Both the position numbers and the translations under genes were made by a program. Under the pieces are notes generated by a model that ran no database searches, was not told where the DNA came from, and was given only the letters and a program-made list of their open reading frames with translations. 64,000 nt of DNA from an uncultured bacterium (GTDB taxonomy: Bacteria; Fidelibacterota; Marinisomatia; Marinisomatales; UBA1611): the NCBI GenBank assembly GCA_943788175.1, contig CALSPG010000001.1, positions 320,001-384,000 of the forward strand. The letters are read 5' to 3'. Every line of letters starts with the position of its first letter. Position 1 is the first letter of the stretch. This document shows positions 1-9,881 of the stretch, piece after piece.

Positions 1-1388
1 ATACAAGCAATTTAATTAGCCAAAGCCCCTCCATTGTCGTAAGTGTGGATAATGAAGATAATATATTACCGAATGGCTTTATTGCTCAGCCTTACGCCGG
101 GCAGCAAGTTAGTGGAGAAGTAGAAATTTTAATCTCGGCTGCAGATAATGTTTCTGTTAGTTCTGTCGCTATTTATATTAATGGAGAATCTGTAGTATCG
201 ATTAGTCAATCTCCTTATTCTTATTTATGGAACACTACAGTAGGTGAAGTAAATGAAGATGCTGAATATATTATATTCGCAAGGATTAACGATTCTAATG
301 ATAACTTCTACAATACACAACCAATCGCCGTTATTGTAAATAATGACACGGAGTTTGTAGATATAATACCACCCGTGATATCAATATTATCTCCCATATC
401 CGGCGCCACTGTAAGTGATTCAACTCAAATCCGTATTTATGCTGATGATAATACTGCAATACAGAATGTTATAATTACCATTGATGACACACTAGAATTT
501 ACTTTAGTTGATAGTCCTTATATAGCACTCTGGAACACGTATACGTACCCTAACGGGTCTCAACATACTATTAGCGCGGTGGCAACTGATAGCAGCAATA
601 ATGAAACAACCAGTCAATCAATTATTGTGAACGTTGATAATTTTTATACTGAAATAATTTCTCTAATTAATCTTGCGCAACAAGTAGGTGCTATTTCACT
701 ATCTTGGGATTCACCCCTAGGAGCTGATACCTATAATATTTTTAGGGATAACGAATTTATTCTATCTACATCAGAGACGTCTTTCACGGATACAAGTATT
801 ACGCCTGGAACAATTTACTGTTATCAAATTTCAGCTGTCAATGGTCAGAATATTTCCGGACCTTTATCTGATTCTGAATGTGGAAAAGCATTATTATCAC
901 CACCAAGTAATTTTAGCGGATCTGCTCTTCAAGACAGTATAACTCTTACTTGGTCAAACAATGAATATGCTGGACAATATAGGCTATATCGAGATGGTAG
1001 TGCTATATATACAGGAACTGACCTAACGTACATTGATAATGAGCTAGAATATAATAATAGTTACAGTTACACAATTTCATGCCTAGATGATATTGGTTTT
1101 GAAGGTCCTCAAACAAATCCAATAATGGTTTCAACCCACATTCAGCTTTTCGCTCCAGAACTATCTTTAGCTGTCGATTCTATTACTTTTGAACTTAATT
1201 GGAGTAGCGTATTTAGTGCTACTTCCTATAAAGTTTACGTTAATAACTCTTTTATAATAGAAACTGATACAACATCATATAGTTATAATGGTTTAAGCGG
1301 AGAAGAAAAATGCTTTAGAGTAAATGCCGTAAATGAATTTGGAACTATAAGTCCCAATTCGAATCAAGAATGCGCTACTCCAGACTAA
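1..1388 (+). CDS. Secreted protein with bacterial Ig-like domains and fibronectin type III repeats (5' truncated)
   Basis: The frame is open from the window edge (TSNLISQSPSIVVSVD...). It has repeated D-x-x-P-P-x-V/SPY-x-x-x-WNT Ig-like modules and FN3 motifs (LSW..., Y-x-Y-x-I-S-A-V). Confidence 0.8.
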   Translation, partial: TSNLISQSPSIVVSVDNEDNILPNGFIAQPYAGQQVSGEVEILISAADNVSVSSVAIYINGESVVSISQSPYSYLWNTTVGEVNEDAEYIIFARINDSNDNFYNTQPIAVIVNNDTEFVDIIPPVISILSPISGATVSDSTQIRIYADDNTAIQNVIITIDDTLEFTLVDSPYIALWNTYTYPNGSQHTISAVATDSSNNETTSQSIIVNVDNFYTEIISLINLAQQVGAISLSWDSPLGADTYNIFRDNEFILSTSETSFTDTSITPGTIYCYQISAVNGQNISGPLSDSECGKALLSPPSNFSGSALQDSITLTWSNNEYAGQYRLYRDGSAIYTGTDLTYIDNELEYNNSYSYTISCLDDIGFEGPQTNPIMVSTHIQLFAPELSLAVDSITFELNWSSVFSATSYKVYVNNSFIIETDTTSYSYNGLSGEEKCFRVNAVNEFGTISPNSNQECATPD

Positions 1389-2188
1389 TTAAATATATCA
1401 TTCCCATTACAAAATTGTAGAGAATGCTGCATAGTTAAATTATCAAACAATGGCGAACTAAAAGATATACTACCTAAATTTGGATTTTTTAGATCCATAT
1501 CAAAATAAATAGGGAAATTATTATTAGTGGGCCTAATTGTGTCTCCATTTACTGTTGTATCTAAAATAGTAGTCTGATAGGTCATCCACCCATTTCCAAT
1601 TAGAGAAATTGAATCTATATTGCAAGCAGAAAACAACATTTTAGAAACGATGGTGTCTCCGATAGCAGAAGTCGAACTATTAGAGTCATCATTGAGCATT
1701 AGCTCATAGCCGTCTGATAAAAAATAACCCTTTTGTTCAAATGAGCCAGAAGATGTGGATATTGTTTGATTATGATCAATACACAGAAAAGTTGAATCGA
1801 AATTCTCCATACTCCAGTTACCACTTACGCTATAGATACGCAATAATAGTGTATCTGAAAGGTCGCTTTCATTACCAATCTTATCAACAGATTGAATAAA
1901 ATAATTATAATATTCTAACCATTCAACATTGCTATCTTTAAAAAAGTTATCTTCAGTTTCAGCAATCTCTTCAACTGCGCTACCACTTTTTGATTTATAA
2001 ATGATATATTTTTGAAAATCATTGTCATTAGAATGTTTCCAAGACAAATTGACTCCAATATTATTTTCATTGATGGTAAACCAGCCCCTGACATTATCTA
2101 CAACTTCAGGTGAATCTTCATCTATGTTGCAGGAAGAAAACAGCGATACAATAATAAGGTATTGAAATAATTTCTGATTATTATTCAT
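1385..2188 (-). CDS. Lipoprotein with FN3-like domain
   Basis: Lipobox-like LFSSC; FN3-like VNLSW...Y.IY...YNYFIQSVDKIGNES. The ATG at 2188 overlaps the end of the upstream small ORF. Confidence 0.65.
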   Translation of the reverse strand: MNNNQKLFQYLIIVSLFSSCNIDEDSPEVVDNVRGWFTINENNIGVNLSWKHSNDNDFQKYIIYKSKSGSAVEEIAETEDNFFKDSNVEWLEYYNYFIQSVDKIGNESDLSDTLLLRIYSVSGNWSMENFDSTFLCIDHNQTISTSSGSFEQKGYFLSDGYELMLNDDSNSSTSAIGDTIVSKMLFSACNIDSISLIGNGWMTYQTTILDTTVNGDTIRPTNNNFPIYFDMDLKNPNLGSISFSSPLFDNLTMQHSLQFCNGNDIFN

Positions 2189-2336
2189 CGCCAACCCAAC
2201 TAATTATAACACTACCAATTAATAGTGTAAATACTAAAACCATCTTTGCAATTGATGAAAAATCTAACTTTAGAGCAATGAACATAGCGATACAACCAAG
2301 TGTAAAGCCTATAAAGTAACCAATTGTAGAGTTCAT
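2181..2336 (-). CDS. Small 51-aa two-helix membrane protein (not in ORF track)
   Basis: Manual translation: MNSTIGYFIGFTLGCIAMFIALKLDFSSIAKMVLVFTLLIGSVIISWVGDE*. Its 3' end overlaps the next ATG (GATGAATAA). Confidence 0.6.
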   Translation of the reverse strand: MNSTIGYFIGFTLGCIAMFIALKLDFSSIAKMVLVFTLLIGSVIISWVGDE

Positions 2337-2406
2337 TTAATTAAATACATTCTTTGATTTTATGAGCGAGTAAAATGTAATTCATATTTTTTATTTTTTC
2401 TTCATA

Positions 2407-3036
2407 CTATTTTCCAAGATCAATTATGTTTTTTCCATGATATTCTTTAGCATTAATCCGAGCATGAACTTCTGAAAAATTTCTATGTGTAATTGAACCT
2501 GCACAAATAATTGATATATCACTTTTTGCGTATTTAATCATATCTAGTAAAACAGCAGAACCAGACAATGCGCTTTTTGAACACCCTGAAGATAAAACAG
2601 AGGAGACTTTTGAATACTTTATTAAGATTCTTAATTGAGATATAATATCATCTGTTTCATCGATTGCTTTATGAAAGGTACAATCAAGACCACTAGCAGA
2701 TTTCACCAAAAGATTGATGACTAGAACGTCTATTAAATTATCTGCATCTAGAGCGCCGAAAACTACCCCAAAAACACCTTGTTTACTAAAATAGCTTATA
2801 TCATCGGACATTTGCCTTATCTCACTGCTATTGTAGCAGAAATCACCATCTCTAGGCCTAATCATTATCTTCATTGGAATCTTTAAAACCTTTAAAAGCC
2901 TAGTAACAAGACTTTTTTGTGGTGTCAAGCCATCTAGGTGTAAATTAGAACATAGCTCAATTCTATCCGCTCCATTCTTTTCTGCAGCGATAGCATCTTC
3001 AAAGGTTTCAACACATGCTTCTCTAATAAAATTCAT
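2407..3036 (-). CDS. cutC: CutC family (copper homeostasis) TIM-barrel protein
   Basis: EACVE...GADRIELCSNL..DGLTP, MIRPRDGDF, TFHKAID motifs. Confidence 0.93.
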   Translation of the reverse strand: MNFIREACVETFEDAIAAEKNGADRIELCSNLHLDGLTPQKSLVTRLLKVLKIPMKIMIRPRDGDFCYNSSEIRQMSDDISYFSKQGVFGVVFGALDADNLIDVLVINLLVKSASGLDCTFHKAIDETDDIISQLRILIKYSKVSSVLSSGCSKSALSGSAVLLDMIKYAKSDISIICAGSITHRNFSEVHARINAKEYHGKNIIDLGK

Positions 3037-3071
3037 TTTTAAAATTTTTTATTAATTTTTATTGTTGAAAA

Positions 3072-4508
3072 TCAACCTTGAAAATTCCAAATATATGTTC
3101 CAACGCTTCCAGCTGTTAGGCTAGAATGAATGCTTTTATCATTTGAATTAATATTGAAATTAATTTCTTTGTCACTATCGTTTAATACAATTACCACTAT
3201 TTTATTTTCTTTTGTGAGGAATGCTACATTAGGTAAATAAGAGATATTAGATGAATTTATACGTTTTGAACCTGGAGGTACAAATTTAGAAACATGCGCT
3301 ATCGCATAATATGCTGTATTTCTTTTTACGTTATTATTAGTAACAGTCACAGCACCTAAACAGTTCCTGCAACCACCTTTTGTATGCGGGTTTTGGTCTT
3401 CATCTGAAGCTAGGTTCCATTCTATTACTGTTTTGCACCAATTCCTAGATGCGCCAATTATTATATTTCTGATATGCCAACGCAAATCACCATACAGATC
3501 GCTAGGAAACCCAACCCACTGTTCAGTAAAATATAAATTTTTATCCGGGTGTGCATCTTTTAGCTCACTTAGGTTATTTATATCTCCACCATATAAATGA
3601 AATGCTGTTCCATCAACAAATTTTCGAGCAACAGCATCATTTAGAATACTAATTGGATAGTTTATATTATCTGCATTATGATCATAAATAATAATTTTCG
3701 TAGAAATATTATTATTTAAAAATGCTGGTCCTAAATGATCTTTTACAAAATTTAATTGTTCTATTGAAGACATGTGCATACTTGGATTATTTCCGTCATG
3801 AAGTGGCTCGTTTTGTACAGTAATGGCATCTATTAGAATATCTTTTTCTGCCATTAGTGTAATATATTTAACAAAGTATTTTGAATACGCTTCGTAAAAC
3901 TCAAGTAGCAGACTCCCACCCTTTGTTTTCATATTACTTTTCATCCATGTTGGAGCAGACCAAGGAGTGGCCATAATTTTTATATTTGGGGAGATAGCTA
4001 AGATTTCTTTTAGTATAGGAATTAAATATCTTTCATCTTGCTTTAAGCTAAACTTTTTCATTTCAATATCAACTTCACCTATTGGAAGATCATTATAAGA
4101 AAAAGGGAACTCGTCAAGATCAGATGCTCCAACACTTATCCGCAAGTAAGACACTCTAATACTTTGATCGTCTTGACCAAAAAGCTCTTCAAGTAAATTT
4201 TTTCTGCTATTAGAGCTCATTTTATAAAGATTTAGTGCACTTCCCCCGTTCAATGAAAAGCCAAACCCATCCATGCTTTGAAAAGGTTGATCAATATTGA
4301 CATCAATATTATTTATAAGACTTATTTTATTTTTCCCAGTATCAACACCTGTACTTTGCTTCGAAAATATTATCGATTTATTTTGATCACTTAACCAGAA
4401 ATCAACTATCGATAACTTTGATTTTTTAGTATAAGGGCTTTTATTGTCCTGCCTACAACCAGTAAACAAAAAAATTGCAGAACTTAAGAGAATAAGTAAA
4501 TAACTCAT
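3072..4508 (-). CDS. Glycoside hydrolase family 30 lipoprotein (beta-1,6-glucanase/glucosylceramidase-like)
   Basis: FQSMDGFG, TPWSAPTWMK, catalytic VQNEP and FTEQ; lipobox FTGC. Confidence 0.9.
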   Translation of the reverse strand: MSYLLILLSSAIFLFTGCRQDNKSPYTKKSKLSIVDFWLSDQNKSIIFSKQSTGVDTGKNKISLINNIDVNIDQPFQSMDGFGFSLNGGSALNLYKMSSNSRKNLLEELFGQDDQSIRVSYLRISVGASDLDEFPFSYNDLPIGEVDIEMKKFSLKQDERYLIPILKEILAISPNIKIMATPWSAPTWMKSNMKTKGGSLLLEFYEAYSKYFVKYITLMAEKDILIDAITVQNEPLHDGNNPSMHMSSIEQLNFVKDHLGPAFLNNNISTKIIIYDHNADNINYPISILNDAVARKFVDGTAFHLYGGDINNLSELKDAHPDKNLYFTEQWVGFPSDLYGDLRWHIRNIIIGASRNWCKTVIEWNLASDEDQNPHTKGGCRNCLGAVTVTNNNVKRNTAYYAIAHVSKFVPPGSKRINSSNISYLPNVAFLTKENKIVVIVLNDSDKEINFNINSNDKSIHSSLTAGSVGTYIWNFQG

Positions 4509-4519
4509 TAGTCTATTCT

Positions 4520-4933
4520 TTATAAGTTTGGGTCATTAAATTTTGAAAGCGTTTTATCAATCTTCACCCATGAAACATGTGTATCAAAATAATTATCAGA
4601 TGAAGGGAATATATCTTTTGAGTTATCAAGATTAGCTAAGGTAATATGAATTTCTGATGGTACTTTCTTAGATTTATAAAAAATGGAACTTCCGCAACCT
4701 AAGCAGAAACCAAATTCAGAATTTTTTGAACTAGAATACCACTTCAAATTTTCTGATTTATCGTGAATTGTTATTTGATTTTTTTCATACCCTATCCACG
4801 TTACGTAACCAGAGCCGTGGCCTTTTTGACATCGAGTGCAATGACAATTAGAGCACCATTTCATTTCACCTTTTAAAATAAAAAGTAATTCACCACATAA
4901 ACAGCTACCAGATCTGTATTCATTCTGCAACAC
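4520..4933 (-). CDS. GFA/CENP-V family Zn-binding protein
   Basis: GSCLCG, CHCTRCQK, FCLGCGS motifs. Confidence 0.9.
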   Translation of the reverse strand: MLQNEYRSGSCLCGELLFILKGEMKWCSNCHCTRCQKGHGSGYVTWIGYEKNQITIHDKSENLKWYSSSKNSEFGFCLGCGSSIFYKSKKVPSEIHITLANLDNSKDIFPSSDNYFDTHVSWVKIDKTLSKFNDPNL

Positions 4934-4950
4934 AGGTCCTTAATAATATT

Positions 4951-5448
4951 TTAAAATATTTTCGCACCTACAGTATTGAGGCGATATTCAAAAAAATCAT
5001 TTGGGTTTAATATTATTTCAGAAGAATTAAGCGACTGTCCTTTTTCTTCGGCCAAATGCTTTTTCCATTTAAGAGCTTGTTCTTTGTTCAACTCAAGAAT
5101 TGAAAACAATCCCTCAGCTACAATATTTTTACCTTTTGCTGATAATGGGAATACAATGTCACCGTCTGTTACTTTGAGTCTCATTTTTTGTAACCCATCT
5201 GTAGTTTTCAATTCTAACCAACAGCCTCTCATTGGGCATACTTCATTAATTAACCCTTCAACCTTGACAGTATTATTAAGGTGTGTATTTTTATTTTTTA
5301 TAAGGTCGGTTAAATTATAGATAATCTTATTATCGGACAATTTACCGTAATAGCCAGAAGCAAATTTCTTATGAAGTAATTCTTTTTCAGTTGATTTACA
5401 GCTGCTAAAAACAATTAAAATAAAAATAATAAATGTAAAAATTTTCAT
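4951..5448 (-). CDS. DUF4920-like OB-fold lipoprotein
   Basis: Lipobox FSSC; VKVEG.I.EVCPMRGCW motif. Confidence 0.75.
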   Translation of the reverse strand: MKIFTFIIFILIVFSSCKSTEKELLHKKFASGYYGKLSDNKIIYNLTDLIKNKNTHLNNTVKVEGLINEVCPMRGCWLELKTTDGLQKMRLKVTDGDIVFPLSAKGKNIVAEGLFSILELNKEQALKWKKHLAEEKGQSLNSSEIILNPNDFFEYRLNTVGAKIF

Positions 5449-5516
5449 ATGTACTAATTTATAAAATCAATTTAAAATATGAAATTGCAACAAAGAAATA
5501 AAATGAACTGATTATT

Positions 5517-5705
5517 TTACTCTTCCTCACTACTGCTATGTTCTTTTTTAATATTTAAATCTTCAAATACAGCATATAAAACAAAACCAAATACACTTGT
5601 TAAAATGACAGCAAGATATTTCCCATCTTGTAACCAGACCAAAAAAAGTACGACAAGTGGAAATAATAAAATATGATTTAAATTTAATTTATCTAGAAAT
5701 TTCAT
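5517..5705 (-). CDS. Small membrane protein
   Basis: 62 aa with two hydrophobic segments and an acidic tail. Confidence 0.55.
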   Translation of the reverse strand: MKFLDKLNLNHILLFPLVVLFLVWLQDGKYLAVILTSVFGFVLYAVFEDLNIKKEHSSSEEE

Positions 5706-5828
5706 TCCTTGGTAAATCTACTATGGTTTTTTGTATGACAAACAAAAAATTTTCAAGGTGTTAAGCTTCCATAAACCTTTGTAGTTTAATCGATATTTAG
5801 TAATTCAAAACGAAACAATATTTTATAA

Positions 5829-6818
5829 ATGATAAAAATGAGTTCAGGTACATTTAATTGGGGAATTATAGGAACAGGCGGAATCGCTAATGCCTTTTGT
5901 GATGATATATCTAGATTAAGCAACCACCGAGTTTCAGCTGTTTTATCTCGAAGTATTGAAAATGCAAAAAAATTTGCAACTGATAGAAAAGACTGTAATC
6001 CTTATGATAATAATATCGCTTTTGTTAATGATGAAAAAATTGATGCTGTGTATGTTGCGACCCCAAATACATTGCATTGCCAACAATCAATTTTAGCTAT
6101 TCAATCTAAAAAACCTGTTTTATGTGAAAAGCCTTTTGCAATGAATTATGATGAAGCGTTTTCTATGATATCCGCATCAAAACAATATTCTACTACTCTT
6201 TTAGACGGCATGTGGATGAGGTATTTACCACATATAAAAACCCTTAAAAGACTTTTATCAGAAGAAAAAATTGGCAATATTGAATCAGTTTACGCTTGTC
6301 ACGGACAAAACCTTCGCTGCTACCCTAACCCAAGGTTATGGACAAAAAATTTAGGTGGTGGATCATTATTAGATTTAGGAATATATGTCATTTCTTTTTC
6401 TCATATGATTTTAGGAAAGCCTGAAAAAATATTTGCTGAATCAGTTTTTACTGAAAAAAATGTAGATGCCAAAACCTCAATGATATTCCAATATGCAAAT
6501 GGTGCTATCGCTAATCTTTCCTGCTCTATGTATGATACTCAACCAAACCGAGCAGTAATTGCTGGTACGAAGGGCTTTATTGAAATAGATCCTACTTTTT
6601 ATGCTCCAACGAGTATGAAACTATGCACAAACGAAGGTGAAATATCAATCTATAAAAATGAATATGAAGGCCATGGACTCAGAGAACAAGCAATCGAGAT
6701 GGAGTACTGCGTAAAAAATAATTTAAACGAATCTTCAAAGATGCTACATCGAGAGTCACTAGAAGTTATTGAGATTATGGATAAAGTAAGAACCGAAATA
6801 GGACTATCGTTCAAATAA
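5829..6818 (+). CDS. Gfo/Idh/MocA family oxidoreductase
   Basis: WGIIGTGGIA, VYVATPN, VLCEKP, GGGSLLDLGIY. Confidence 0.93.
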   Translation: MIKMSSGTFNWGIIGTGGIANAFCDDISRLSNHRVSAVLSRSIENAKKFATDRKDCNPYDNNIAFVNDEKIDAVYVATPNTLHCQQSILAIQSKKPVLCEKPFAMNYDEAFSMISASKQYSTTLLDGMWMRYLPHIKTLKRLLSEEKIGNIESVYACHGQNLRCYPNPRLWTKNLGGGSLLDLGIYVISFSHMILGKPEKIFAESVFTEKNVDAKTSMIFQYANGAIANLSCSMYDTQPNRAVIAGTKGFIEIDPTFYAPTSMKLCTNEGEISIYKNEYEGHGLREQAIEMEYCVKNNLNESSKMLHRESLEVIEIMDKVRTEIGLSFK

Positions 6819-6880
6819 TTAAATAATAATTAACTTTAACCAATTAGTATAAACCCAATTATAATATGTACTTATAGTGA

Positions 6881-7924
6881 TTAATATATAAAATCAATTA
6901 ATACTAGAAGGTCAAATATATTTATATTTTGATCTGAATTAAAATCATAAGATGAATTATTTGGAGATTCATCAAACAGATGATTTACGACTTGATCAAT
7001 ATCTTCACTATTATAGATACCATCGTTATTTGTATCTTCTTGATTATAAATAAAATCTGACAGTTCATACTGAAGAGAGTAATCTATTGCTTCTTGTGTG
7101 GAGCTAAACCCATAATTATCACCATAAAAATATATATGCCCACCACCAATTACTTTTATATGTTCAAAATCACTGGAGACCGAATCATTACTATATGTAT
7201 ACCGTATCGAGACATCACTTAATATTGTATCTATCTCCATCAAATCGTACTGATGGTAACTACTCCAAAATTCTATTGATTCTATTATTGTTAAATACTG
7301 GTCGTCCAAAATATCAACACCATTACCGCCAGGATAATATGAGTTTATTGGGTCTTCAGTTCCATGTATATGAAGAATCGGAATATCTCTGCCCTGATCC
7401 GTACAATCATATCCATCGTCATCTAGAAACATATTGCCGATTACTGAGGTAAAGGCTGTAATTCTATGGGAAAGATCACATGACAGCCTATATGCCATAT
7501 AACCACCATTAGAAGAGCCAAGAACGTAGATTCTTTTGTGATTAATATAATCATAATTTATTAACATGTAATCTATAACATCACTAATAAATTGAACGTC
7601 ATCAAATCTGGTACTATCTAAGATAGCATTCCAAAGTTTTACATTACCGGTACCAGAGTTATTCAAGAACGTACCAGATTCAGGCCTTACTGCAACAAAG
7701 CCTTGATTGGCAATGTAAGAAGCTACTCCATACCATGATGCGCTCGTCTCTCCTAATCCATGTAAAATTATCATCATCGGCAAAGAATCAGAACTTTCAC
7801 TTGGGATGTTAACTCTAAATGATCGTTCGGCACCGTCTGAAATTATTTCTACTTCTTGGGCAAATTGAAAACTGGAAAGCAAAAGTGTAACCAATAAAAT
7901 TTTAAAAACTTTTAATATAAGCAT
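6881..7924 (-). CDS. Secreted PHB-depolymerase/LpqP-like alpha/beta hydrolase with C-terminal dockerin-like repeat
   Basis: Signal peptide, LHG, G-S-S-N-G-G nucleophile elbow, IHGTED, GGGH; two C-terminal D-x-N-x-D EF-hand-like repeats. Confidence 0.8.
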   Translation of the reverse strand: MLILKVFKILLVTLLLSSFQFAQEVEIISDGAERSFRVNIPSESSDSLPMMIILHGLGETSASWYGVASYIANQGFVAVRPESGTFLNNSGTGNVKLWNAILDSTRFDDVQFISDVIDYMLINYDYINHKRIYVLGSSNGGYMAYRLSCDLSHRITAFTSVIGNMFLDDDGYDCTDQGRDIPILHIHGTEDPINSYYPGGNGVDILDDQYLTIIESIEFWSSYHQYDLMEIDTILSDVSIRYTYSNDSVSSDFEHIKVIGGGHIYFYGDNYGFSSTQEAIDYSLQYELSDFIYNQEDTNNDGIYNSEDIDQVVNHLFDESPNNSSYDFNSDQNINIFDLLVLIDFIY

Positions 7925-7959
7925 ATGTAAAGTTATCTTTTTAAATGAAGACTATTGAT

Positions 7960-8421
7960 CTATTTGTATAAAGACGTTAAATGAATTTTCATATCATCAA
8001 AAGAATCAAAAACTTCAGTTGCGCAAGAAAATATCCAAGAGCTTAAATCATCAAGCGGAACGTGATTAACTAAGTATATAGGCTTTTTTAAATAATAAGC
8101 CAAAGTAATTTCACCATGAGTGCCTCCTCCTCTAAATACAGACTTATTCCAGTTTACTATTAAGTAGTCAGACTCCTCTACTACAGCTTTGATATCTATA
8201 TCAATAATCTGACGGATTAGATTTTTATATTTCTTAGGATCAGTTTCTTTCATCTCTCGAAATTGTGTATTGGTAAGATCTGATACTATCTTGCGAGTTT
8301 CTACAACTGGGTTAAACACATCGTGTTCAATTTCATTTTTTAGCCAAGGAGTTATTGAGTCTCTCCAATTAGCACCATCATTTTCGGCATTCTCAATGGG
8401 GCCTGATAAATATGCAATCAT
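7960..8421 (-). CDS. Nucleoside 2-deoxyribosyltransferase-like protein
   Basis: YLSGP...WR...VFNP...D..AV..SD...GT..E pattern. Confidence 0.65.
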   Translation of the reverse strand: MIAYLSGPIENAENDGANWRDSITPWLKNEIEHDVFNPVVETRKIVSDLTNTQFREMKETDPKKYKNLIRQIIDIDIKAVVEESDYLIVNWNKSVFRGGGTHGEITLAYYLKKPIYLVNHVPLDDLSSWIFSCATEVFDSFDDMKIHLTSLYK

Positions 8422-8461
8422 AAAAGCTTTATATTTTTAAGTTCAGAAATTAATTGGAATG

Positions 8462-9148
8462 CTACCACGGTAAAACCTCACCATGTCTTAAAAATTTGCC
8501 GTTTGGAAAATCATCATCAAGAGCAAACTTCTTAATACTTTCAGCACTCTCTTGGACTGTTAATGCAGCATCATAACCACCCATATCAGTTTTAACCCAA
8601 CCGGGACAAATCGAGTTTACTTTTATTTTTTTTCCCATCAACTCTTGGGATAGAACTATTGTCATAGCATTCAATGCAGTTTTGGATAACCTATATGCTA
8701 ATGAACCAGTACCCATACCTTCCAATTGCCCCATACCGCTTGAAATATTAATAATCCTTGAACCAGGTTGCATAAAAGGAGTTATAGCCTTACAAACCCT
8801 TAAAACTCCAACAGTGTTAATGTTGAAAGTTTCCATAATTGATTCCAGATCTGTATCAATAGCATTAATTTTGTGTTTTAAGCCAGGGATTAAGATTCCT
8901 GCATTGTTTATAAGAATATCAACAGAGCTAATTTTACTTTTTAAATTTTTTACCCCATTTTGAACACTTTCGTTTTCGCCAACATCCATAATGACATAGT
9001 CTGCGTTATCATGTTCGAATGAGTCTACAATCATTCGGCCCTGATTTTTATTTCTAACTGTAAAGATCACATTATGATTTTTGGAAAACTGCTCAACCAG
9101 CCCTTTTCCAATACCCCTATTTCCACCCGTTATGAATATATTTTTCAT
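8462..9148 (-). CDS. Short-chain dehydrogenase (carbonyl reductase-like)
   Basis: TGGNRGIG, NNAG, YRLSK, CPGWVKTDMGG. Confidence 0.93.
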   Translation of the reverse strand: MKNIFITGGNRGIGKGLVEQFSKNHNVIFTVRNKNQGRMIVDSFEHDNADYVIMDVGENESVQNGVKNLKSKISSVDILINNAGILIPGLKHKINAIDTDLESIMETFNINTVGVLRVCKAITPFMQPGSRIINISSGMGQLEGMGTGSLAYRLSKTALNAMTIVLSQELMGKKIKVNSICPGWVKTDMGGYDAALTVQESAESIKKFALDDDFPNGKFLRHGEVLPW

Positions 9149-9284
9149 TAAAGTCCTAATTCGTAAATGTGATAAATAAATAAATAATTACACTAAAACT
9201 TAGTACATAAATCATAATTTATTAAAAATACAAATCACATGAATTAATTTATGATATAATAAAAACTAAATTATAGGAGTTTAA

Positions 9285-9764
9285 ATGAAGCCAATACTAA
9301 ACCTAAGTGAAATAACTGATTTTCAAAGTCATGATCAAGGATCATTTTCAGCAAAATATGCAAATATAAGCACCAAAATTGGAGCTGAAAAACTAGGCTA
9401 TAACATCACAATTGTGCCTCCAGGAAAAAAATCATGGCCATTTCACAATCATCATATTAGTGAAGAAATGTTTATTATTTTAAAAGGAAAGGGAACTTTG
9501 CGCTTTGGGGACAAAAAATTTGCTATTAAAAAGGATGACGTTATCGCATGTCCAGTAGGCAGCAGATCTGTAGCTCATCAATTTATTAACGATAGTAAAA
9601 GTGATCTTAAATACCTAGCACTAGGCACAAAAGAAGAACAAGATATTTGTGAATATCCAGATTCTGATAAGGTCTTATCAAGGTCAAACAATAATGGAGA
9701 ATCCATTCTTTGGAATATGTCAAAAAGTGCTGAATCATATGAATATTTTGAAGGTGAAGAATAG
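9285..9764 (+). CDS. Cupin domain protein
   Basis: PPGK.S.PFHNH..EE, AHQ, EYPDSDK. Confidence 0.88.
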   Translation: MKPILNLSEITDFQSHDQGSFSAKYANISTKIGAEKLGYNITIVPPGKKSWPFHNHHISEEMFIILKGKGTLRFGDKKFAIKKDDVIACPVGSRSVAHQFINDSKSDLKYLALGTKEEQDICEYPDSDKVLSRSNNNGESILWNMSKSAESYEYFEGEE

Positions 9765-9881
9765 CTAGAATATATATGTGAAAAATTAAATAATCATCTT
9801 TCCTCCCATTCATATTAATATTATTTTTTTCGCTTTTAAAATATTAATTAATTAGACAATGAGGAATATTAAAAGCCAATT

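Noticed and set aside
3072-3074. UGA readthrough at other TGA-terminated genes (e.g. GH30)
   Set aside because: The protein is complete at the TGA, a further in-frame stop follows within a few codons, and there is no redox motif or hairpin.
7960-8421. NDT/TIR-like protein as an anti-phage effector
   Set aside because: No defence-associated neighbours; a housekeeping nucleotide hydrolase is equally plausible.
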